A stretch of 32,000 nt of DNA from Mucisphaera calidilacus (lineage in GTDB: Bacteria > Planctomycetota > Phycisphaerae > Phycisphaerales > Phycisphaeraceae), in the NCBI RefSeq assembly GCF_007748075.1, contig NZ_CP036280.1:480001-512000 (forward strand). Direction: 5' to 3'. The notes below the pieces were generated by a model that worked only from the letters and a program-made list of their open reading frames with translations, was not told the origin of the DNA and searched no databases. The stretch's first letter is position 1, and the number at the start of each line of letters is the position of its first letter. Positions 10,328 to 18,146 of the stretch are shown here, piece after piece. The translations under genes and the position numbers were made by a program.

Positions 10328-12136
10328 GTGCCCGCCTATCGTCTCCTCGCACTGCTCCTCATCGTCGTCATGGCCGCACCGTCGTTCGCTCAGAACACGG
10401 CCGAAAACGCCCGTCACATCGGCATCGCCCGCCAGCCCATCCTTGGCGGCGAAGCCGCGAGCGATGCTCGCCTTGAGATGCTCAGAGATGACCAGACCGA
10501 CGGCCATGGCCACGGCTTCCGACTCACCACCGTCAAACAGCCCGCACACCACTACAGCATCGAGGTACGCTTCCTCCTCGACGCGGGCTTCAAGGCCGGC
10601 GACGTCGTCCACGCCACCTTCTGGGCACGCTCACGCGACGCCGCCCGCTACGAAACCTCCGAAGCCCTCACCCTCTTCCGCGTCCAACGCACCGGCCCGC
10701 CCTGGGAACGCACGCTCTACCGCGAGTGGAGCGTCGGACCGCACTGGCGAAAGTGCACGATCGCCAGCCGCGTCGACAAAGACATCCCCGCCGGCCAGAT
10801 CGCCGCCGTCTTCTCCGGCGGATACCCCAGACAGGCCATCGAGGTGGCCGGCCTCACGATCACCAACTACGGGCCCGACGCCGACCCCGACACGCTCGAG
10901 CAGTCCACCTTCGAATACGTCGGCATGGAACCCGATGCACCCTGGCGGCGAGACGCACTCGAACGCATCGAGAAACACCGCAAGGCCGAGATCCCGCTAC
11001 GCGTCGTGGACCGCGACGGACGCCCCGTGCCCAACGCACGCGTCGAAGCGATCCTCTCCCGACACGACTTCGACTTCGGCGTCGCCATCAGCGCGACTTG
11101 GCTCAATGAAAACTGGGACACGCCCGAAGGACGACGCTACCGCGAGGAACTCACACGCAACTTCAACGCCGTCGCCATCGAGAACGCACTGAAGTGGTCC
11201 TGGTGGGAACGCGAGCCGGAGACCGCACTACGCACCCTTGACTGGTTGCACAAGGAGACCGACCTCCGGATCCACGGCCACGTCCTCGTCTGGCCCGGTC
11301 TCGAGAAGTTCCGCACCACCGACGCCCAACCTCTCTGGGAGGCAGCCCAGAAAAACCCCGACATGCTCCGCGCACGCATCGACGCCCACATGCAGTCGGT
11401 CCTGCTCGCCACCCGGGGCATGATCGACGTCTGGGACGTCGTCAACGAGGCCTACAACCAGAACGAGATCATCCACTTGCTCGGCGACGAGATGATCGTC
11501 CACTGGTTCCAGCGTGCACGACGCTTCGCCCCCAAAGCGACCCTGATCTACAACGACTTCGCCCTGCTCGGCCAGAGCGGGAGAAACAAGATCAAGCAGC
11601 AGTTCGTCTACGACCTCGTGAAGAAGGCACGCGACGCCGGCGCACCGATCGACGCCATCGGCCTCCAGGCGCACCTCGGCAGCAGCTACACCCCACCCGA
11701 GCGCGTGCTCGCCATTATCGACAAGTTCGCCGAGCTGGACGTCAACATCCAGATCACCGAGTACGACATCTCGATCATCGATCCCGTCGTCGCCGAGCAG
11801 TACACCCGCGACCTCATGATCGCGGTCTTCAGCCACCCGGCGGTCACCACCTTCCAGGGCTGGAACTACTGGTCGGCCACGCCGACGTGGATGCCCGAAG
11901 CCGCCTACTTCGCCGATGACTGGTCTCTGCAACCGATCGGCCGCGCCTACGTCCAACTCGTTCAGAACGAGTGGCAGACCCACGAGAAGCTCCGGACCAA
12001 CCGCCAGGGCGTCGCGCGACTCCGAGGCTTCAAGGGCGACTACGACGTCCACGTTCTCACGCCAGACGGCAGACAATCGCTGCACGCCGTCCGGCTCAGT
12101 GATGACAACACCGCTATCGACCTCGTCGTGGAGTAA
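10328..12136 (+). CDS. Secreted GH10 endo-1,4-beta-xylanase with an N-terminal CBM4_9/CBM22-like module
   Basis: GTG start at 10328 preceded by GAAAGG. Signal peptide 'VPAYRLLALLLIVVMAAPSFAQ'. GH10 hallmarks: 'AIENALKWSWWE', 'IHGHVLVWPG', 'WDVVNEAYNQNE' (acid/base Glu), 'GLQAHL', 'IQITEYDIS' (nucleophile Glu). The ORF-track extension 9773..10327 overlaps the previous gene and is Arg/Pro-rich junk. Confidence 0.9.
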   Translation: MPAYRLLALLLIVVMAAPSFAQNTAENARHIGIARQPILGGEAASDARLEMLRDDQTDGHGHGFRLTTVKQPAHHYSIEVRFLLDAGFKAGDVVHATFWARSRDAARYETSEALTLFRVQRTGPPWERTLYREWSVGPHWRKCTIASRVDKDIPAGQIAAVFSGGYPRQAIEVAGLTITNYGPDADPDTLEQSTFEYVGMEPDAPWRRDALERIEKHRKAEIPLRVVDRDGRPVPNARVEAILSRHDFDFGVAISATWLNENWDTPEGRRYREELTRNFNAVAIENALKWSWWEREPETALRTLDWLHKETDLRIHGHVLVWPGLEKFRTTDAQPLWEAAQKNPDMLRARIDAHMQSVLLATRGMIDVWDVVNEAYNQNEIIHLLGDEMIVHWFQRARRFAPKATLIYNDFALLGQSGRNKIKQQFVYDLVKKARDAGAPIDAIGLQAHLGSSYTPPERVLAIIDKFAELDVNIQITEYDISIIDPVVAEQYTRDLMIAVFSHPAVTTFQGWNYWSATPTWMPEAAYFADDWSLQPIGRAYVQLVQNEWQTHEKLRTNRQGVARLRGFKGDYDVHVLTPDGRQSLHAVRLSDDNTAIDLVVE

Positions 12137-12142
12137 GACCGC

Positions 12143-14044
12143 ATGCCGTCCGTTCGCCGAGCTCTGATGATCATGACGCTGATGGCATGCAGCGGCGCAA
12201 CCGCCCACGCAGCCACCGGCTTCAGCGACGACTTCGAGCACGGCGGCCAGCTGCACATCACCGGCGACGGCTGGCGTGCCGAAACCTGGGAAGAGGTGCC
12301 CGGCTCGGATCGGCTACGCGTGACACACGCATCGCGTGCCGGCGACTACGGCGTGCGCTTCTCGCTCTTCCGCAACGACGAGTACGTCGAGACCAGCAAC
12401 CGCACCGAGCTCAAGAAAGACACACGCCCGGGCGACACGTTCGGCATGGGCAACAACGGCGACGAACGCTACTACCGCTGGAACATCTTTATCCCCAACG
12501 ACTACCAGGTCGATACCCACCCCGACGCCTTCGAGATCGTCGGCCAGCTCCACCGATCACCCGATGGCGGACAGGCGTGGAAGAGCCCGCCCATCGACCT
12601 CGCCATCAAGGGCGACCAGTGGCACATCAACATCAACAACGACGGAGCCGGCTACGACGCCGACCTCGGCACCATCCAGAAAGGCGTCTGGACCGAGTTC
12701 GTCCTCCACACGATCTGGTCGCCGGGCAGCGACGGCCAGACCACGCTCTACCGCAACGGCGCCGAGGTGTTCAGCCAGCAGGGCCCCAACACCTACGGCA
12801 GCCACTACAGCGACAACGACTTCTTTCTCAAGGTCGGCGTCTACAAGCCCTACTGGCGCGACACCGACACCCCCTACACCGTCAAGTCCAGTACCTGGCA
12901 ACGAACCTTCGTCTACGACGACGTCCTCGTCGGTGACGCCGGCGAATCCCCGCAGTCGATGCGCTCCGAACAACCCGCACGGCCCATCGAGATCCATCGC
13001 TACGGCACCCACGAGCACGGCGCCGACGCACGCGTCGTCGGCAACGGCTCCGATCGCCACCGCTACAACACCGGAGGATCAACACGCCTGGAGAGCCGCG
13101 GCAGCGACTGGAGCGGAGCGCAGTACGCCACCTACCTGCGCTTCGACCTCAGCGATTCGGCCCTCCCCATCGTCGCCGACGCCACCCTTCAACTCGTCCT
13201 CGAACTCGATCAGAACTACCCCCTCGACGTCTACGCCGTGCCCGACGCCTTCACCGGACGCGAGGACGGCTACGGCCTGCCCGAGTTCGGCGAAACCGAA
13301 TGGACCGAGGGCAACGGCTCTTGGAGCCTCGCGACCGGCACCGAGATCAATGGCGATCGCGCCCCGGGTTTTGACGAAACCACCGGCTTGCCCGACACCG
13401 CGGTTCTCGAGTTCATCGGGACCATCGCGACCACCGGCGGACTGCGCGATGATTCAATGGTCGAACTGACCTCCACAGCACTCATCGACGCCGTCGCCGC
13501 CGACACCAACGACCAGATCACCCTCGTGATCGTCGCCCGCGACACCAGCGGCAGCGGCACCTGGATCCACAGCAAGGAATCCGATACCGATCTCGCGCCG
13601 AGCCTCGAAATCATCACCCAGGCGCCCGAGCTGCCCAGCGACTTCAACCTCAACGGCGCCGTTGACGTCGACGACGTCGACATCCTCCTCGCCAACCTCG
13701 GCCACCCGGGCTTCGACCTCACCAACGACCGCCGCTCCGACCTCGCCGACTTCGACGCCATCGTCACCGGCGACGCTTTTCTCGGCAGCCTCCTCGGCGA
13801 TATCAACGGCGACCTGGCCATCGACCTGCTCGACCTGAGCATCCTCGCCGCCAACTTCGACACCAACGCCACCGGCACGCTGCCCTACACCCTGGGCAAT
13901 CTCAACGCCGATCACGCCATCGACCTGCTCGACCTGAGCATCCTCGCCGCCAACTTCGGCAGGACCGCTGTGCCCGAGCCCGCAGCCACGGCCCTGCTCG
14001 CCGCACTCCCCACTCTCCTCCGACGACGCCGGAGCCACGCCTGA
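12143..14044 (+). CDS. Secreted multidomain polysaccharide lyase: concanavalin-like lyase domain (PF14099-like, heparin lyase I / glucuronan lyase superfamily) plus DNRLRE-like beta-sandwich plus two dockerin-like pairs plus PEP-CTERM
   Basis: Signal peptide 'MPSVRRALMIMTLMACSGATAHA'. The lyase-like core is 'NRTELKKD...YYRWNIFIPNDY...FEIVGQLHRSPDG..SPPIDLAIKGDQWHININ...FFLKVGVYKPYW'. 'STRLESRGSDWSGAQYATYLRFDLSDS' resembles the DNRLRE domain motif. The C-terminal module runs from 'DFNLNGAVDVDDVDILLANLG' to 'AIDLLDLSILAANFGRTAVPEPAATALLAALPTLLRRRRSHA'. It starts 6 nt after the GH10 stop. Confidence 0.8.
   Translation: MPSVRRALMIMTLMACSGATAHAATGFSDDFEHGGQLHITGDGWRAETWEEVPGSDRLRVTHASRAGDYGVRFSLFRNDEYVETSNRTELKKDTRPGDTFGMGNNGDERYYRWNIFIPNDYQVDTHPDAFEIVGQLHRSPDGGQAWKSPPIDLAIKGDQWHININNDGAGYDADLGTIQKGVWTEFVLHTIWSPGSDGQTTLYRNGAEVFSQQGPNTYGSHYSDNDFFLKVGVYKPYWRDTDTPYTVKSSTWQRTFVYDDVLVGDAGESPQSMRSEQPARPIEIHRYGTHEHGADARVVGNGSDRHRYNTGGSTRLESRGSDWSGAQYATYLRFDLSDSALPIVADATLQLVLELDQNYPLDVYAVPDAFTGREDGYGLPEFGETEWTEGNGSWSLATGTEINGDRAPGFDETTGLPDTAVLEFIGTIATTGGLRDDSMVELTSTALIDAVAADTNDQITLVIVARDTSGSGTWIHSKESDTDLAPSLEIITQAPELPSDFNLNGAVDVDDVDILLANLGHPGFDLTNDRRSDLADFDAIVTGDAFLGSLLGDINGDLAIDLLDLSILAANFDTNATGTLPYTLGNLNADHAIDLLDLSILAANFGRTAVPEPAATALLAALPTLLRRRRSHA
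13817..13958 (+). repeat. Intragenic perfect 43-bp direct repeat (13817-13859 and 13916-13958), period 99 bp, encoding the two 'AIDLLDLSILAANF' half-dockerin segments
   Basis: gccatcgacctgctcgacctgagcatcctcgccgccaacttcg occurs twice, read directly from the sequence. Confidence 0.9.
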
Positions 14045-14048
14045 TTCC

Positions 14049-15698
14049 ATGAAGTACCTGTTCCTGACCATCGGCCTGCTGCTTCTTCTGTTCGGGTCCG
14101 CGCTGTGGTGGACCTCGCCTGACGCCAGCTCGGACGTCCCCGTGCTCTACTGGATCACCGACCGCAACCCCATGCGGACCGATCAGGTCAACCGATTCCA
14201 CCGCTGGCTCGTACGCGAGGGACACGGCCGGGAAGTGGTCATCGCGACCCCCCAGGACGCCCAGCGACTGCGCCACGGCATCGCGCCGACCCTCGCCGAC
14301 GACATCATCGCCGGTCAGCCCGAGACCGCACCCATCTTCGACGAGAACATCGACGCCTCGAAACTGCCCATCACCGTCCGTATCCCCGCCTTTGAACTCA
14401 GGCTCGACACCGCCAACAAGGACACCACCAAACAGAAAATCCAGTCGGTCTCAGGCGTCGCCAGCGACCTCATGGACATCTTCAACGGCGAGAACATGCG
14501 CATGTTCCAGGCCATGAACGTCCTCGCCGACGTCACCGATGCCGCCCACACCCACAACTTCGACCTGAGCCAGACCTACAGCAGCCTCGAGGCCGAGCTG
14601 TGCGTCGACGGCCGACAGTACATGTTCCCCTGCAACGCCGGAACCCTCTCCTACTGGGTCAACATCGACACATTCGAGCAGCACGGCATCCAGCCCCCGC
14701 CACGACGATGGACCGTCCAGGAGTTCGAACGCATCGGCGTCGCCTTCTGCGAAGCCGCCAACCGGGGCAAGCGCCGACGCGACGTCTTCTTCGCCGATTC
14801 CATCGACATGCCCACCCTCTACCGCGGGTACGGCGCTTCGGTCTACAACGAGACCCTCACCGCGGCCGCCATCGACAGCCCCGGCTACGTCGAGGCGCTC
14901 AAGACCATGAAACGCTGGATCTACGACCTCAACATCCTCCCCACACCCGACGACCAGGACTCCTTCTCGACCGGACAGGGCTTCAAGGGTGCTTCGCTCC
15001 AGCTCTTCGCCTCAGGCAACTACGCGATGATCTACGGCGGCCGCTACTTCCTGCTCCAGTTCCGCCAGATGAACGGACTCGGACGCATGACCGTCTCGGA
15101 AGTGCCCCACGCCGTCTTCCCCAACGGCACCATCGGCACTCGCGGCACCGCCGTCTACCGAGGCAGCCCGCACCAGGACCTGGCCGTCCTCTTCCTCGCC
15201 TACCTCAACAGCCCCGACTACAACATGCAGATCGTCCGCTCCGCCGACGCGCTGCCGCCCAACCCCCGATACCTCACGACCCCCGAATACCTGGCGCCGG
15301 CCGAGTATCCCAACGAGCACGACGTCCACCAGGGCTTCGCCGAGATCACCCGCAGCATCGCCGTCGCCGGCGAGTACAGCCCCTTCGTACTCCCCGACGT
15401 CGTCATGATCAAGGTGCGCTACTACGAGGAACAGTTTACGGTCGGCATGATCACCGCCGAGCAGGCCGCCAGACGGACCGCCGCCGCCATCAACCGCGAG
15501 ATCGCCCGCTTCCTCGACGAGAACCCCAACCGACGCGAGCTCTACGACCAACGATGCGAGCTCCAGCAAAAGATCGACCGTCTCAAGGCATCGGGTCAGC
15601 CCGTCCCGCGCGACTGGGTCGCCAACGCCTTCCACAAGGCCTACCTCGAGCACCTCGGCATGCTGACCGACTCCACCCCAACATCGGAGGAGGAGTAA
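14049..15698 (+). CDS. ABC transporter substrate-binding protein (family 1 / CUT1-like), N-terminal membrane anchor
   Basis: 549 aa. Starts 4 nt after the lyase stop. N-terminal 'MKYLFLTIGLLLLLFGSALWW' has no lipobox Cys. SBP-like segments: 'LSYWVNIDTFEQHGI', 'LFASGNYAMIYGGRYF'. Two permease genes follow directly. Confidence 0.8.
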   Translation: MKYLFLTIGLLLLLFGSALWWTSPDASSDVPVLYWITDRNPMRTDQVNRFHRWLVREGHGREVVIATPQDAQRLRHGIAPTLADDIIAGQPETAPIFDENIDASKLPITVRIPAFELRLDTANKDTTKQKIQSVSGVASDLMDIFNGENMRMFQAMNVLADVTDAAHTHNFDLSQTYSSLEAELCVDGRQYMFPCNAGTLSYWVNIDTFEQHGIQPPPRRWTVQEFERIGVAFCEAANRGKRRRDVFFADSIDMPTLYRGYGASVYNETLTAAAIDSPGYVEALKTMKRWIYDLNILPTPDDQDSFSTGQGFKGASLQLFASGNYAMIYGGRYFLLQFRQMNGLGRMTVSEVPHAVFPNGTIGTRGTAVYRGSPHQDLAVLFLAYLNSPDYNMQIVRSADALPPNPRYLTTPEYLAPAEYPNEHDVHQGFAEITRSIAVAGEYSPFVLPDVVMIKVRYYEEQFTVGMITAEQAARRTAAAINREIARFLDENPNRRELYDQRCELQQKIDRLKASGQPVPRDWVANAFHKAYLEHLGMLTDSTPTSEEE

Positions 15699-15702
15699 CG
15701 CC

Positions 15703-17217
15703 ATGCCCGCCACCCGCAACCAGAAAAACCAACGCGTCGCCCTCGCCTTCCTCGCGCCCAACCTCGCCGGTGTCCTCGTCTTTACCCTCTACCCCGTCGT
15801 CTTCAGCCTCGTCATGGCCTTCACCAACTGGGACCTCACCCGCCACAACCAGTTCCAGGACGAGAACAGCATCCGTTTCATCGGATTCAAGCACTTCCTC
15901 GACATGGTCGCGCCATCGGGCGAAGGCCTCTTCGCCGGCCCCTTCTGGCAGTACCTGGGCAACACCCTCTTCTTCATGATGGGCATCCCCCTCGCGGTCG
16001 TCGGCTCGCTCATGGCGGCGCTGCTCCTGACGCAGCAAGGCGTCGCGCCACGCTACGGCCGACTCATCGGTTTTATCATCGCCTCGGCCGGACTCATCGC
16101 TTCCGTCGCCATCATGGTCCTCTACGGATCTGCCGAGACCGGGACCACCCTCCTCTTCGTCGGCTTTATCTCACTCGTCCTCGTGGGCGGGCTGACCTTC
16201 GGGACCACCTGGTTCCGCACACTCTTCTACACCCCGCACTTCGTCGCCGGCGTCGCCACCTACATCCTCTGGAAGAAGCTCTACAGCCGAGACTCCGGGC
16301 CGATCAACCAGGTCCTCCAACCCGCCCTCGACGGCTTCGCCGCGACCGTCAACGCCGTTCCGCCCGCACTCGTCACCACCGCAGGCTGGGCACTCGCCCT
16401 CATCGCCATCATCCTCGGTTACCTCTGCTCCTCGGTACTCGCACGCAACGCGGCACGCCGTGTACTCCCACGCGTCACCCTCGCCGTCTGCCTGCTCCTG
16501 CTCGCCGGCCCGCTGCTGATCTGCCTCCTCATGGCCCTGAACCCCGCTAACCCGATCATCGGCATCGTCACCGCCACGGCCCTGATCCTGACCTACGCCG
16601 GCCGCCTGCTCCCCCATCTCGCCGGCACGCTCAGCGTCCGATCCACCCAGACCGGCGACCCCGGCCTGATGGTAATGCTCATCATCCTCACCGCCATCGG
16701 GCAGGCCCTGCTGCTGGGTCTTGCCCTGGTCTTTCTCAACCTCCCCGCCATGGCCGCCGACGGACTCGACGCCCCCAGCTGGCTCAACGACCCCAACTTC
16801 GCCAAGCCCGCCCTGATGATCATGGTCCTCTGGGCCGCCATCGGATCCAACAACATGCTCCTCTATCTCGCGGCACTCACCAACGTGCCCAAAGAACTCC
16901 ACGAAGCCGCCAGCATCGACGGAGCCTCGGCACTCCAGCGGTTCTGGAGCGTCACCCTCCCCGAACTCGCGCCGACCACCTTCTTCATCTTCGTCACCTC
17001 CACCATCTACGGCCTCCAAGGCGGCTTCGAGATGGCACGCGTCATGACCGAGGGCGGACCCGCAGGCGCCACCACCACCCTCAGCTACTTCATCTACCAG
17101 GAGGGCTTCCAGGCCGGACGACTCGGCTCCGCCTCCGCCATCGCTTGGATGCTCTTCCTCCTGATCTTTGGCGTCACCGTCATCAACTGGCGCTACGGAG
17201 GCCGATCCGATGCCTGA
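15703..17217 (+). CDS. Carbohydrate ABC transporter permease (MalF/UgpA-like) with extra transmembrane insertions
   Basis: 504 aa. EAA loop 'LHEAASIDGASALQRFWSVTLPELAP'. The N-terminal 'LAFLAPNLAGVLVFTLYPVVFSLVMAFTNW' is typical of CUT1 permeases. About 12 hydrophobic segments by eye, against the usual 6. Confidence 0.9.
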   Translation: MPATRNQKNQRVALAFLAPNLAGVLVFTLYPVVFSLVMAFTNWDLTRHNQFQDENSIRFIGFKHFLDMVAPSGEGLFAGPFWQYLGNTLFFMMGIPLAVVGSLMAALLLTQQGVAPRYGRLIGFIIASAGLIASVAIMVLYGSAETGTTLLFVGFISLVLVGGLTFGTTWFRTLFYTPHFVAGVATYILWKKLYSRDSGPINQVLQPALDGFAATVNAVPPALVTTAGWALALIAIILGYLCSSVLARNAARRVLPRVTLAVCLLLLAGPLLICLLMALNPANPIIGIVTATALILTYAGRLLPHLAGTLSVRSTQTGDPGLMVMLIILTAIGQALLLGLALVFLNLPAMAADGLDAPSWLNDPNFAKPALMIMVLWAAIGSNNMLLYLAALTNVPKELHEAASIDGASALQRFWSVTLPELAPTTFFIFVTSTIYGLQGGFEMARVMTEGGPAGATTTLSYFIYQEGFQAGRLGSASAIAWMLFLLIFGVTVINWRYGGRSDA

Positions 17218-18085
17218 ACCCGCCTCCACGACCCTCGTCCACCGCAAGTCGCTCGGGCTCCGCGCACGCCACGCCACGCTCTGGTCCCTGCGCCTCATCA
17301 CCCTCACCATCCTCGCCTTCACACTCACCCTCCCCTTCCTCTGGATGATCCTCACCAGCCTCAAGCACCTCTCCGAGGTTGGCGTCAACGCATGGCTGCC
17401 CGGCGAGATGGGCTGGCAGTGGTCCAACTACCCCGAGGTCTTCCGGCAGATCCCCTTCGCACGCTACTACCTCAACAGCATCTTCATCGCCGCCAGCGTC
17501 ACCTTCCTCAACGTCCTCACCTCCGCCTGCGCCGCCTTCGCCTTCGCACGCGTGCAGTGGGTCGGCCGCGACAAGATCTTCCTCGTCTACCTCGCCACCA
17601 TGATGATTCCCGGACTCGTCATCATGATCCCCAACTACCAGCTCATGATTCAGCTCGGACTCGTCGACTCGATGGTCGGCCTGATCCTCCCCGCCTCCTT
17701 CTCCACCTTCAGCACCTTCCTGCTCCGGCAGTTCATGCTCTCGATCCCACGATCCATCGACGAGGCCGCCGAGATCGACGGCGCCTCGCCCTGGCAGCTC
17801 TTCTGGGAGATCATCCTCCCCCTCGCACGGCCCGGACTGGTCACCGTCACCATCATCACCTTCATGGGCACCTACAGCTCCTTCTTCTGGCCGCTCGTCA
17901 TGCTCAAGAGCGACCACACGTACACCCTGCCCATCGGACTCCTCGCCTTCGACTCCACCGCCGGCCAGGCCACGCACCTGCTCATGGCAGGCGTCGCCAT
18001 GTCCGTCATCCCCATGATCATCGTCTTCGTCCTGATGCAGAAGCAGCTGATCGCCGGCATCCAGGTCGGCGCGGTCAAGGGATAA
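17210..18085 (+). CDS. Carbohydrate ABC transporter permease (MalG/UgpE-like)
   Basis: ATG at 17210 overlaps the upstream stop (ATGCCTGA). EAA loop 'IDEAAEIDGASPWQLFWEIILPLARPGL'. Size is canonical. The ORF-track start at 17168 is less likely. Confidence 0.9.
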   Translation: MPEPASTTLVHRKSLGLRARHATLWSLRLITLTILAFTLTLPFLWMILTSLKHLSEVGVNAWLPGEMGWQWSNYPEVFRQIPFARYYLNSIFIAASVTFLNVLTSACAAFAFARVQWVGRDKIFLVYLATMMIPGLVIMIPNYQLMIQLGLVDSMVGLILPASFSTFSTFLLRQFMLSIPRSIDEAAEIDGASPWQLFWEIILPLARPGLVTVTIITFMGTYSSFFWPLVMLKSDHTYTLPIGLLAFDSTAGQATHLLMAGVAMSVIPMIIVFVLMQKQLIAGIQVGAVKG

Positions 18086-18146
18086 GCCGGCACCACATTT
18101 CCACTAAACTCAGCCCCGCCAAACGACCCATACCGAGGATCCCCCC

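Noticed and set aside
14600-15979. 459-aa plus-strand alternative-frame ORF over the SBP gene; similar cases at 12336..13469, 12187..12936, 29572..30690, 11228..12256(-), 8139..9041(-), 9573..10352(-) and 27055..28041(-)
   Set aside because: All are Arg/Pro/Ala-rich or Gly/Asp/Val-rich shadow frames of genes with clear homology-type motifs. None has its own RBS or signal features.
16171-17427. 418-aa minus-strand ORF across the two permease genes
   Set aside because: Gly/Asp/Glu-rich antisense translation. The plus-strand frames carry canonical EAA-loop permease motifs.
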